Assembly: GCA_047456315.1 (NCBI GenBank)
Contig: CP179889.1
Span: 56,966 to 120,965, forward strand
Origin: Candidatus Nealsonbacteria bacterium
GTDB taxonomy: Bacteria > Patescibacteriota > Minisyncoccia > Minisyncoccales > JANBVM01
Direction of reading: 5' to 3'
Length of the DNA: 64,000 bases
The notes under the pieces were generated by a model. The model was not told the origin of the DNA. It saw nothing but the letters and a program-made list of their open reading frames with translations, and ran no database searches. Shown here in pieces: positions 19,996-27,698 of the stretch. A program made the translations under genes and the position numbers. How positions within the stretch are numbered: the first letter of the stretch is position 1; each line of letters starts with the position of its first letter.

Positions 19996-20724
19996 TTAAA
20001 TTTGTCCGCTTATTTCTAGAATAAAGGATAAATAATGTTTTGAAAACTCCTCTAACCCTTTTAACTCCTTATCATTTATCTTTAATCGAGAAATTGTTTT
20101 TAGTTCTTTTTCAGTAATAAAGCGTATTATTTTAATTGTCGCTGGGCTCACCAATATATCTAATTTATCTTTTGAAAAGCAATTTTTACAAATTATGCCT
20201 TGTTTTTTGGGGCTGAAATAAATACTTTCAGGTTTAAGCTTTTTTTCACAGGCCAGGCAATTATATAAGTTAGGTTTATAGCCCAAAACAGATAAAAATT
20301 TCCAAAGAAAATAATAATAAATTATTTCTGTGTTCTTGAAATTATTGTCATTTAACTTCTCAAAAACCTCCAGTAATAAACTCCAAATACTTTCATCGGG
20401 CTCCTGTCCCTTAATCAAATCATCTAGAACTTCTCCTATATTATATACAATATCAATCCTTTTTAAATCTTTCCTTAAATTCTTAAATTTTTCAATTACT
20501 ATTGCATCAGTTAATGTCTTGTAGTTTTTCCCTTGAATAAACTCAATTTCTGACAGGTAAAAAATCTCGATTCCTACTCTCAGCTTTGAGGTGGTTTTCC
20601 TTATTGCTCTTGCCAGAATTTCTAATCTTCCAAAGTCCTTTGTGTAAATACTAAATAACTGATCAGCTTCTTTCCTGTTAAGCTTTCTGAAAATAATACC
20701 TTTTGTTCTATGATGAACAAACAT
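19996..20724 (-). CDS. recO: DNA repair protein RecO
   Basis: N-terminal OB-fold region (GIIFRK...DQLFSIYTKDFGRLEILARA) and a C-terminal CxxC...CxxC zinc motif (CLACEKK...ICKNC). Confidence 0.75.
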   Translation of the reverse strand: MFVHHRTKGIIFRKLNRKEADQLFSIYTKDFGRLEILARAIRKTTSKLRVGIEIFYLSEIEFIQGKNYKTLTDAIVIEKFKNLRKDLKRIDIVYNIGEVLDDLIKGQEPDESIWSLLLEVFEKLNDNNFKNTEIIYYYFLWKFLSVLGYKPNLYNCLACEKKLKPESIYFSPKKQGIICKNCFSKDKLDILVSPATIKIIRFITEKELKTISRLKINDKELKGLEEFSKHYLSFILEISGQI

Positions 20725-20730
20725 TTAAAT

Positions 20731-21144
20731 CTATTTTTCTCCTAAGGCGTTCTTTAAAGTTTTGATCTTTTTCTCTATCCTCCATTTTTCCTTAGGATTC
20801 CTGTACTGCTCTTTTTGTAAATCTTTTATCACCTTTATTAATTTCTGTCTAGTTATGTGGGTTCCGTACTTCTGATGGGGGAAAATCTCTTTTTCCAACT
20901 CAACTCTTTCTTTTTCTTTTAAACCATGCTTAAAAAGAGACTGGCTTCTTAATCTCTGCCTAAGTTCTGATCTTGTAAGATGGCCCTTGCTCCCCCAGAC
21001 GCCTTTATCTACTCCCGGCTTTTTAATATCTGGTCTGGTTTCTGGTTTTTTTAATCTTACTGGTAAGCCATATTTTCTTGAGGAGCCTGACGATTCACCC
21101 CACATCTGTCGTCCGAATTGTCCACTTTTGTTTTCTAAAACCAT
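20731..21144 (-). CDS. hypothetical basic protein
   Basis: 137-aa ORF, lysine/arginine-rich, located in the ileS-recO-glyS operon. Confidence 0.4.
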   Translation of the reverse strand: MVLENKSGQFGRQMWGESSGSSRKYGLPVRLKKPETRPDIKKPGVDKGVWGSKGHLTRSELRQRLRSQSLFKHGLKEKERVELEKEIFPHQKYGTHITRQKLIKVIKDLQKEQYRNPKEKWRIEKKIKTLKNALGEK

Positions 21145-21159
21145 AATTATATATATAAA

Positions 21160-24100
21160 TTAGCTTCCGACCTTTTTAATAAATAACTGCAGTTTCTGGC
21201 CGTTAATAATAACCTGTTTTCCTTTTTTCAATTCTTTAACTAAATCCAGGTCCTTTGCCTTTGTTTCTTTGTTAATCATCTTTTCTTTTCTTAGCAACAG
21301 CTCGCTCATATCATGCTCTGCCTTGAATTGAATTATAATAACATCTTTTGGAGTTAGTTTCCTGCTCTTTCTCATTTCTTGAATGTTTCTAATAACCTCT
21401 CTTGTTATTCCCTGCTCTTGCAGTGATTTAGTGATTTCTGTGTTTAGTTTTATCTGTTCTCCAAAACCAATGTCTAAAACATTGACTTCCTTTTTAATTA
21501 AATCTAAAAGCTCTTTTTCATTTTTTAATTCTTTATCTTTGATTGTTAATTCTTGCAGAGCCTGTCTTACTTTTATTTGAGCTTTTGCTCTTTCAGCTAA
21601 ACCTAGTTTTACTATTTCTCTTGCTTTTTCCATCTTTTTATTCAATTCCTCATCAATAGATTTTTTAGTTGCTTTAGGCCAATCCTCTAAATGAATTGAT
21701 TCTTTTGTTTCTAATCCTGATTTTTTAAAATCCTGATATATATATTCAGTAAAAAAAGGAATAAAGGGAGCTGATAATTTTATTGTTTGAAAGATTACAA
21801 AACTCAGAGTTCCAGCAGCATCTCTTAATTCTTCTTCATTCTCAGGCTGCTGAAATCTTTTCCTTGACCTTCTGATGTACCACAAAGAAAGTTCATTCAT
21901 AACAAACTTTTCAATACTTCTGGCTGCACCGGTTATATCATAACTTTCCAGCAATTTAGTGGTTTTTACAACCAACTCATTAAGTTTAGAAATAATCCAT
22001 TTGTCTAAAATATGCTTGGAGCAGGGATTTTCAAAACTCAAGAACTCATCATCAGCATAAGTTTTTAAAAATATATAAGAATTCCATAAAGGAAGAATGA
22101 ATTTTCTTAAAACATTTTCAGGATCTTTCTCCGAGAATAGCTTAGAATCACCAGGATGACTAGAAGTGTAAAATGACCACCTTAAGGCATCAGTTGAGTA
22201 TTTTTCAATAATATACCAGGGATCAATTATATTTCCTTTTGATTTTGACATTTTTTCACCTTTTTCATCCAAAATATGGCCCAAAGAAACAACGTTTTTA
22301 TATGCTGGCCCTTTTCCAAGCAAAGTAGAAATAGCAAGCAAAGTATAAAACCAGCCCCTAGTCTGGTCTATTGCCTCGCAGATATAATCAGCAGGAAACT
22401 GCTTGTTTTCGTCAATCAGTTTTCTATTCTCAAAAGGATAATGATATTGAGCAAAAGGCATTGCTCCTGAATCAAACCAGCAGTCAATTACTTCTTCAAC
22501 TCTTTCCATTAAAGCTTGGCAGCTTGGACACTGAAACTTTACATTATCAATAAAAGGCCTGTGCAAATCCAACTCTAAGTTTTTATTAAAAGGCAATATC
22601 CTAAACTCTATGTTTTCTAATTTGCCTGTTTTTGTTCTATTTCCTTTTTCCCGCCACTTTAAAATCTTTTCAAGCGACCATCCTTCTAAGGTTTTCTTTA
22701 AAATAGCTAAAGGAAGTCCATGAGAAATAATTAAAATATTCTTTCCTTTGTATTTCTCATCAGTTTCCTTTAAGAAACTGTACATTCTTTTTTTAATATC
22801 TCTTACACTTTCACCTTTTGGAGTTTTTGTTTCTGTTAAACTTCCTTGTTTTTTAAAATAATCCCAAACTAATTTTGGCGCCTTGCCGTTAAAAATACCA
22901 ACATTAAACTCCCTTATTTTTTTGCTGAATTTAACTGGAGCTTTGGTTATTTCAGCTATAATCTCAGCAGTTTGTTTTGTTCTTAATAAGTCAGAAGAGA
23001 AAATAAGGTCCAAGCCCTGTTTTTCCAATTTATCTCCTACTTTTTTTGATTCTTCTTTCCCTTTATCAGTTAAAGGGCATTGAAATTTCTCAGGCCAGCA
23101 CGATGTAACTCCTTTCACTTGTTTTACACTTTCACCATGACGAACTGTAAAATAATTATTATTAGTGAACCTCTGCTTCAACAAATCATCAACACCGCCA
23201 ATTACCACCTGGTTTTTACAATGAGCGCACTGCCAGATAGGAAGAGGGGTTCCCCAATATCTTTCTCTTGAAATTGCCCAGTCTTTAACCTCTTTTAACC
23301 ATCCGCCAAATCTTCCTTTTTTAAGATAAGATGGATACCAATTTATCTTTAAATTATTAGCAATTAAGTCCTTTTTAACTTTTGTCATTTCTATAAACCA
23401 GCTCTTTTTTGCGTAATAAAGAAGCGGTGTCTTGCATCTCCAGCAAAATGGATAATCATGTTCATAAAGTTCTTGCTTGAACAACAACCCTCTTTCTTCT
23501 AAATCTTCAATTATCAATGGGTCAGCTTCTTTGAAATACATTCTTGCCCATTTTTCAACATTTAATCTAAATCTCCCCTCGTCATCAATATTCAATAAAA
23601 TTGGCAGTTTATTCTTTTTACCAGCTTCCATATCATCTATGCCATAAGCAGGAGCGATATGAACAAGGCCTGTTCCTTCATCTAAAGAAACAAAATCTCC
23701 CCCAATAACCTTGTAAGCATTTCTTGAAACTTCATCTTCCGCTGGATACAGAACTTCGTACCTTAAATTAAACAAATCCTTTCCTTTGAATTCCTGGATA
23801 ATTTCACCTTCAAGCCCTAATTCCTTAATTCTTTCTTTTGCTAATATTAAATACTCCTCATTAATTTTGATTTTTGCATAAATAAATTTAGGATTTACTG
23901 CCACAGCTACATTTCCAGGCAATGTCCAGGGAGTAGTTGTCCATACTAAAAAAGAAGTATTCTTAAAATTAGGGCTGATAATCTTAAGCTTGATAAAAAC
24001 TGATGGTTCTTTTATCTTTTTATACCCTTGAGCCACTTCATGAGACGAAAGAGGAGTCCCGCATCTGGGACAATAGGGAACAACCTTAAAGTCCTGAATT

Positions 24101-24597
24101 AAGAGCTTTTTCTCCCAGATTTGTTTTAATATCCACCATAATGACTCAACATATTCAGCATTATAGGTAATGTAAGGATTATTAATATCAACCCAGTAAC
24201 CGATTTTCTCTGTTAAATCTACCCAGTCCTTTGTAAAATTCCAAACAGATGTTTTACATTTTTTATTGAACTTAGAAATACCATATTTTTCAATGTCTTT
24301 TTTTGATTTAAGCCCTAGTTTTTTTTCAATCTGAAGTTCAACAGGAAGACCATGGGTGTCCCAGCCACCTTTTCTTAAAACCCTGAAACCCTTCATTGTC
24401 TTGTATCTGCAGATTATGTCTTTAAAAATTCTGGCTAAAACATGATGAAGTCCTGGAGGCGCATTAGCAGTAGGAGGGCCTTCATAAAACACAAAATCAC
24501 GAGCTTTAGCTCGTTGTTTTATGCTTTTTTCAAAGATTTTATTATCTTTCCAGAATTTTAAAATTTTCTTCTCTGTTTTAGTAAAATTGAAATTCAT
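21160..24597 (-). CDS. ileS: isoleucyl-tRNA synthetase (type 2) with an inserted histidine-phosphatase (PGAM-like) domain
   Basis: 1145 aa. It has a HIGH-region, the RERYWGTPLPIW and DLHRPFID motifs, WFDSGAMPFAQ and KMSKSKGN. About 200 aa between residues ~478-675 carry RHGES...SSDLLRTKQTAEII...ISHG. Confidence 0.93.
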   Translation of the reverse strand: MNFNFTKTEKKILKFWKDNKIFEKSIKQRAKARDFVFYEGPPTANAPPGLHHVLARIFKDIICRYKTMKGFRVLRKGGWDTHGLPVELQIEKKLGLKSKKDIEKYGISKFNKKCKTSVWNFTKDWVDLTEKIGYWVDINNPYITYNAEYVESLWWILKQIWEKKLLIQDFKVVPYCPRCGTPLSSHEVAQGYKKIKEPSVFIKLKIISPNFKNTSFLVWTTTPWTLPGNVAVAVNPKFIYAKIKINEEYLILAKERIKELGLEGEIIQEFKGKDLFNLRYEVLYPAEDEVSRNAYKVIGGDFVSLDEGTGLVHIAPAYGIDDMEAGKKNKLPILLNIDDEGRFRLNVEKWARMYFKEADPLIIEDLEERGLLFKQELYEHDYPFCWRCKTPLLYYAKKSWFIEMTKVKKDLIANNLKINWYPSYLKKGRFGGWLKEVKDWAISRERYWGTPLPIWQCAHCKNQVVIGGVDDLLKQRFTNNNYFTVRHGESVKQVKGVTSCWPEKFQCPLTDKGKEESKKVGDKLEKQGLDLIFSSDLLRTKQTAEIIAEITKAPVKFSKKIREFNVGIFNGKAPKLVWDYFKKQGSLTETKTPKGESVRDIKKRMYSFLKETDEKYKGKNILIISHGLPLAILKKTLEGWSLEKILKWREKGNRTKTGKLENIEFRILPFNKNLELDLHRPFIDNVKFQCPSCQALMERVEEVIDCWFDSGAMPFAQYHYPFENRKLIDENKQFPADYICEAIDQTRGWFYTLLAISTLLGKGPAYKNVVSLGHILDEKGEKMSKSKGNIIDPWYIIEKYSTDALRWSFYTSSHPGDSKLFSEKDPENVLRKFILPLWNSYIFLKTYADDEFLSFENPCSKHILDKWIISKLNELVVKTTKLLESYDITGAARSIEKFVMNELSLWYIRRSRKRFQQPENEEELRDAAGTLSFVIFQTIKLSAPFIPFFTEYIYQDFKKSGLETKESIHLEDWPKATKKSIDEELNKKMEKAREIVKLGLAERAKAQIKVRQALQELTIKDKELKNEKELLDLIKKEVNVLDIGFGEQIKLNTEITKSLQEQGITREVIRNIQEMRKSRKLTPKDVIIIQFKAEHDMSELLLRKEKMINKETKAKDLDLVKELKKGKQVIINGQKLQLFIKKVGS

Positions 24598-24647
24598 ATA
24601 TATCTTAAAATATCATTTTAAGAGTAAAAATGCAATCAAACTTAATA

Positions 24648-24845
24648 GTTCGAGTCCTACCGCCGGAGCCAAGCTGTGAGGCTTTCGAGAGACCGATTTG
24701 CCTCATATTTTTGGAAAAAGTTCGAAAAAAAATCGCCCTACCCCGACTGGAATCGAACTTTGTTCGAGACAGGGAGTAGCGGTTTGAATCCTAGCCCCGC
24801 AGAATTTGAAGCCCGAGATTGTTCCTCGGGTTTGACTTTTTAAAA
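24648..24845 (+). ncRNA. GC-rich structured repeat element, copy D
   Basis: GTTCGAGTCCTACCGCCGGAGC...GGCTTTCGAGAGACCGA... followed by a second tRNA-like segment (AGCGGTTTGAATCCTAGCCCCGCAG) and a CCCGAG/CTCGGG hairpin plus T-run. Confidence 0.45.
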
Positions 24846-24914
24846 AATGCTTTGTAAGATTTATTTGATAAACAAGCAAAAAGATCTTTACCAATAAAAA
24901 AGAGGTAGAAAAAA

Positions 24915-25508
24915 ATGGATTTGGTTAAAAGTGAAGTTAAGAAAGAATTCCATAGAGGTGCGTGGGAATCTCCCGGTTTACGTGATGATCAAATTAGAAA
25001 CTACTTTGAGGAATTAGCTAAAAAGAAGGAAATAGAAATTTTCTCTGTTTCTATTGATGATAGGAAAACCTTAAAAAATGATAAGGACAAAAGAATAGTT
25101 GAAGTCAAAAAAGGGGCAACCTTGCACCCCAAAGAAAAATTAGAGAGTTATTTGAATTACATAATTAAAACTCGGCAGGGGGTAATGTATACTTTAGAGA
25201 TTAAAGGTGGTTATTTCTGTATCGGTGCAGAAGGACCTGGCAGCGCAAGCTGTAGTTGTTGTCTGGATAGGCTTAACAGAAAGCTTGATTTGAGGAAAGT
25301 AAAAGAAACAAGCGGTGGGTTATCTCTTCCCAGTTTGTCTTTCCCTAAGGATACAATAGTTGCTAAGTTTTATTTTTCTTACCATGAATATGATCCTTAT
25401 CATTCCAAGCAATGGACATCGTCTGTTTATTTTTACGGGAAAAGAAGTGTTAGAAACAAGCTATTCAAGAATGTATATGAATTCTTTAAAGAAAATTTAA
25501 AAATCTAA
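24915..25508 (+). CDS. hypothetical protein with a Cys cluster (CIGAEGPGSASCSCC)
   Basis: 197-aa ORF. Confidence 0.45.
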   Translation: MDLVKSEVKKEFHRGAWESPGLRDDQIRNYFEELAKKKEIEIFSVSIDDRKTLKNDKDKRIVEVKKGATLHPKEKLESYLNYIIKTRQGVMYTLEIKGGYFCIGAEGPGSASCSCCLDRLNRKLDLRKVKETSGGLSLPSLSFPKDTIVAKFYFSYHEYDPYHSKQWTSSVYFYGKRSVRNKLFKNVYEFFKENLKI

Positions 25509-25599
25509 TTTTTTTAATATCGTTGAGCCAAGAACTTTATTCTTGGTTTTTTTATTCAGACATTTGCTAAAATATACTCCAAATCCCCAAGACTTTCCC

Positions 25600-25708
25600 T
25601 AATTTCTGCCCAATCTACGGTTCTAAACGCGTCCAATAGGGGGAGCAGGCTAGTGCTCGGTTCGAGCGACCGAGAGGCATAAAAATCGCCATTAGGGCGG
25701 TTTTTTTT
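25600..25708 (+). ncRNA. GC-rich structured repeat element, copy E (3' module)
   Basis: GGAGCAGGCTAGTGCTCGGTTCGAGCGACCGAGAGGCATAAAAATCGCCATTAGGGCGGTTTTTTTT; near-identical to the 3' part of copy C. Confidence 0.45.
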
Positions 25709-25746
25709 GTTACTTTTTTCTCTCTCAATCGTAATATTAAATAGAA
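25709..25746 (+). promoter_or_regulatory. conserved upstream motif (copy 1) preceding the chagasin-like gene
   Basis: GTTACTTTTTTCTCTCTCAATCGTAATATTAAATAGAA lies ~40 nt upstream of the ATG at 25783; a near-identical copy is at 26431-26468. Confidence 0.5.
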
Positions 25747-25782
25747 AGGTCATTAAGACATATAATTAATTATTAAAAGAAT

Positions 25783-26301
25783 ATGTTAAAGCTAATTACT
25801 ACCGTTTTTATTTCATTGCTTATTATTGTCGGTATAAGCTACGGAGCAAACCATTATATCGTTGCTCCAGCAACAGAAAACACAAAAGACGCTGGCATTC
25901 AAATAATAGAAAAGGAGGTTGGCGAAGATTTTGAAATAGTCTTGGAGGCCAATCCCACTACCGGCTATCAGTGGACAGTGGAGTTTGATGAAGAATTTAT
26001 TGAATTGGTTGACAGAAACTATATTGTCCAGGAGCCAACCTTTTCAAAAGATGCAATGGTTGAATCTGTTATGGCTTCCAGAGATGGAGAAATTCCGACC
26101 GAGGATCTTCCTGATGGAGCAAGAGAGATTATTGACAGCGAGATTGAAGAGGGAACAATAGGGTTAGTCGGAGCAGGCGGCCAGGAATTCTTCAAATTCC
26201 TTGCCCTGAAAAAAGGAGATGTAGAAATAAGGTTTTCTTACGAGAGATCTTGGGAGGAAGAACCTATTAAAATCCTGACCTACAAAGTGATAATCAAGTA
26301 G
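25783..26301 (+). CDS. chagasin-family (MEROPS I42) cysteine-protease inhibitor, secreted
   Basis: Signal/TM N-terminus, the NPTTGYQW signature motif, a GAGG loop; size of 172 aa; followed by an AGCAGGG/CCCTGCT terminator at 26310-26340. Confidence 0.75.
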   Translation: MLKLITTVFISLLIIVGISYGANHYIVAPATENTKDAGIQIIEKEVGEDFEIVLEANPTTGYQWTVEFDEEFIELVDRNYIVQEPTFSKDAMVESVMASRDGEIPTEDLPDGAREIIDSEIEEGTIGLVGAGGQEFFKFLALKKGDVEIRFSYERSWEEEPIKILTYKVIIK

Positions 26302-26362
26302 GATTACAAAAAGCAGGGATAAGAGCCCTGCTTTTTGCTCCAAGATAGTGTAGGATACAGTA

Positions 26363-26465
26363 ATGGAGCAAGAAATTGTTGAGCAATGCAAAAAAGGAAA
26401 TTTGGAAAAGTTTGAAAAACTCTACAACAGTGTTACCTTTTTCTCTTTCAATCGTTATATTAAGT
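26363..26465 (+). pseudogene. possible remnant of an ECF/sigma-70 family sigma factor N-terminus
   Basis: 34-aa ORF beginning MEQEIVEQCKKGNLEKFEKLYNS resembles the start of sigma-70 region 2. It terminates inside the conserved upstream motif of the next gene. Confidence 0.25.
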
Positions 26466-26468
26466 AGA
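26431..26468 (+). promoter_or_regulatory. conserved upstream motif (copy 2) preceding the Cys-rich protein gene
   Basis: GTTACCTTTTTCTCTTTCAATCGTTATATTAAGTAGAG lies ~40 nt upstream of the ATG at 26510. Confidence 0.5.
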
Positions 26469-26509
26469 GGAATCGAAAAATATATAGAAACTTAATTTTT
26501 AAAAATAAT

Positions 26510-27550
26510 ATGTCTAAAATAATCATTGCAATCATTTTTATAATAATTGGAATTGTAGCAGGATTAGGTTATTGGTTTTATCAATCAATGTCCGAAGAGC
26601 TAACTGAAATAGAACAAGCCTGTGTACACTCTGGAGGAACAATCTCCACATCATTGTGTTGTAAAGCAACTGGTGATTTTCCTAACCTGTGCCTTGTTGG
26701 TCCTTGTGGTTGTTCACCAGATAATAGTCATCAGGTAAAGATTTGCGATTGCGGACCTGATAAATGTTTTGATGGAAGTGAGTGCGTATCTTTAGATGAA
26801 GTTTCAGTTCTTCTTGAAAGCATTGAACAAGAAACTGGGATAGATTTTTCAGAAGCACAACCAGTTGATTTTAAATGGGTAGTTAAAGTAACTCCAAAAG
26901 TAGAAGAGGAAGCTGTGTCTGGGAAAGGATTTGAAGCTGAACGTATATCAAGCGAGCAGTACGATAGTGTTGAGTCTTTTCTCATAGATAGAGGTTTTAA
27001 AAAGGACCTTTATAATATAGCTGATGGCACTTTTGTTGGATTGAAAGGATATAAAAAAGACCAGATTATTTGTACTGTTTCTGGAGGGTCTACTCCGCAA
27101 GAACCTGATATCAATGATGTAACAGTGAAATGCGGGAAGTTAGAGATAATTATTGATCTGGAAGAACTCTCTCAGTGTGCAAAAGATGGAGAAACATTCT
27201 CAACAATCGATGATGGATACCCAGTCCGTTGCTGTGAAGGTCTAAAAGAATGGTCACCTATTCCAGATACACGTTTTTCAATCGCAGATGTATGTTATGA
27301 AGTTGGGTTACCATTGGAATCTAACATAGGACTTTGTATAAAGTGTGGGGACGGGGTTTGTGAAAACCATCCGCAATATGATGAAAATCCATGCAATTGT
27401 CCTGAAGATTGCGCAGGAAAGGACAAATCGCATTTTTCCAGTATAGAAGAATTTTGCCAGAGCAATGACTGGAAAATGTCTCTTTCCAAAGCCTGCGAAG
27501 AACAAGAACCTATTAAGGGTTCTCCAATATGTGAATTATGCGCTTTTTAA
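26510..27550 (+). CDS. Cys-rich membrane-anchored secreted protein with an internal duplication
   Basis: 346 aa with an N-terminal TM. There are two Cys-rich modules, each beginning CxxSGG(T/S) (CVHSGGT... and CTVSGGS...), and a CGDGVCENHPQYDENPCNCPEDC block. Confidence 0.6.
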   Translation: MSKIIIAIIFIIIGIVAGLGYWFYQSMSEELTEIEQACVHSGGTISTSLCCKATGDFPNLCLVGPCGCSPDNSHQVKICDCGPDKCFDGSECVSLDEVSVLLESIEQETGIDFSEAQPVDFKWVVKVTPKVEEEAVSGKGFEAERISSEQYDSVESFLIDRGFKKDLYNIADGTFVGLKGYKKDQIICTVSGGSTPQEPDINDVTVKCGKLEIIIDLEELSQCAKDGETFSTIDDGYPVRCCEGLKEWSPIPDTRFSIADVCYEVGLPLESNIGLCIKCGDGVCENHPQYDENPCNCPEDCAGKDKSHFSSIEEFCQSNDWKMSLSKACEEQEPIKGSPICELCAF

Positions 27551-27559
27551 AGAAATAGT

Positions 27560-27680
27560 GAGTAACGAGGCGTGGAATACCTGCTCTAGAGATTGAACTA
27601 TTTCCGAGACCGAGCCGTCCATCCTGCTAGGGCGACTGAGAGGGGTTCGAGTCCTACCGCCGGAGCAGGCGGTTTTTAAA
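27560..27680 (+). ncRNA. GC-rich structured repeat element, copy F, ending in an intrinsic terminator
   Basis: TTTCCGAGACCGAGCCGTCCATCCTGCTAGGGCGACTGAGAGGGGTTCGAGTCCTACCGCCGGAGCAGGCGGTTTTT. CCTGCT pairs with AGCAGG, and CCGCC...GGCGG plus T-run forms the terminator. Confidence 0.5.
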
Positions 27681-27698
27681 TTCTCCTAATTTTAATCT

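Noticed and set aside
26164-26391. 75-aa minus-strand ORF downstream of the chagasin-like gene
   Set aside because: It overlaps the 3' end and terminator of a well-supported plus-strand gene and shows no motifs.
13631-27680. CRISPR array explanation for the repeated elements
   Set aside because: The copies are ~80-200 nt long, irregularly spaced by kilobases, and on both strands, with genes between them. There is no short direct-repeat/spacer periodicity.
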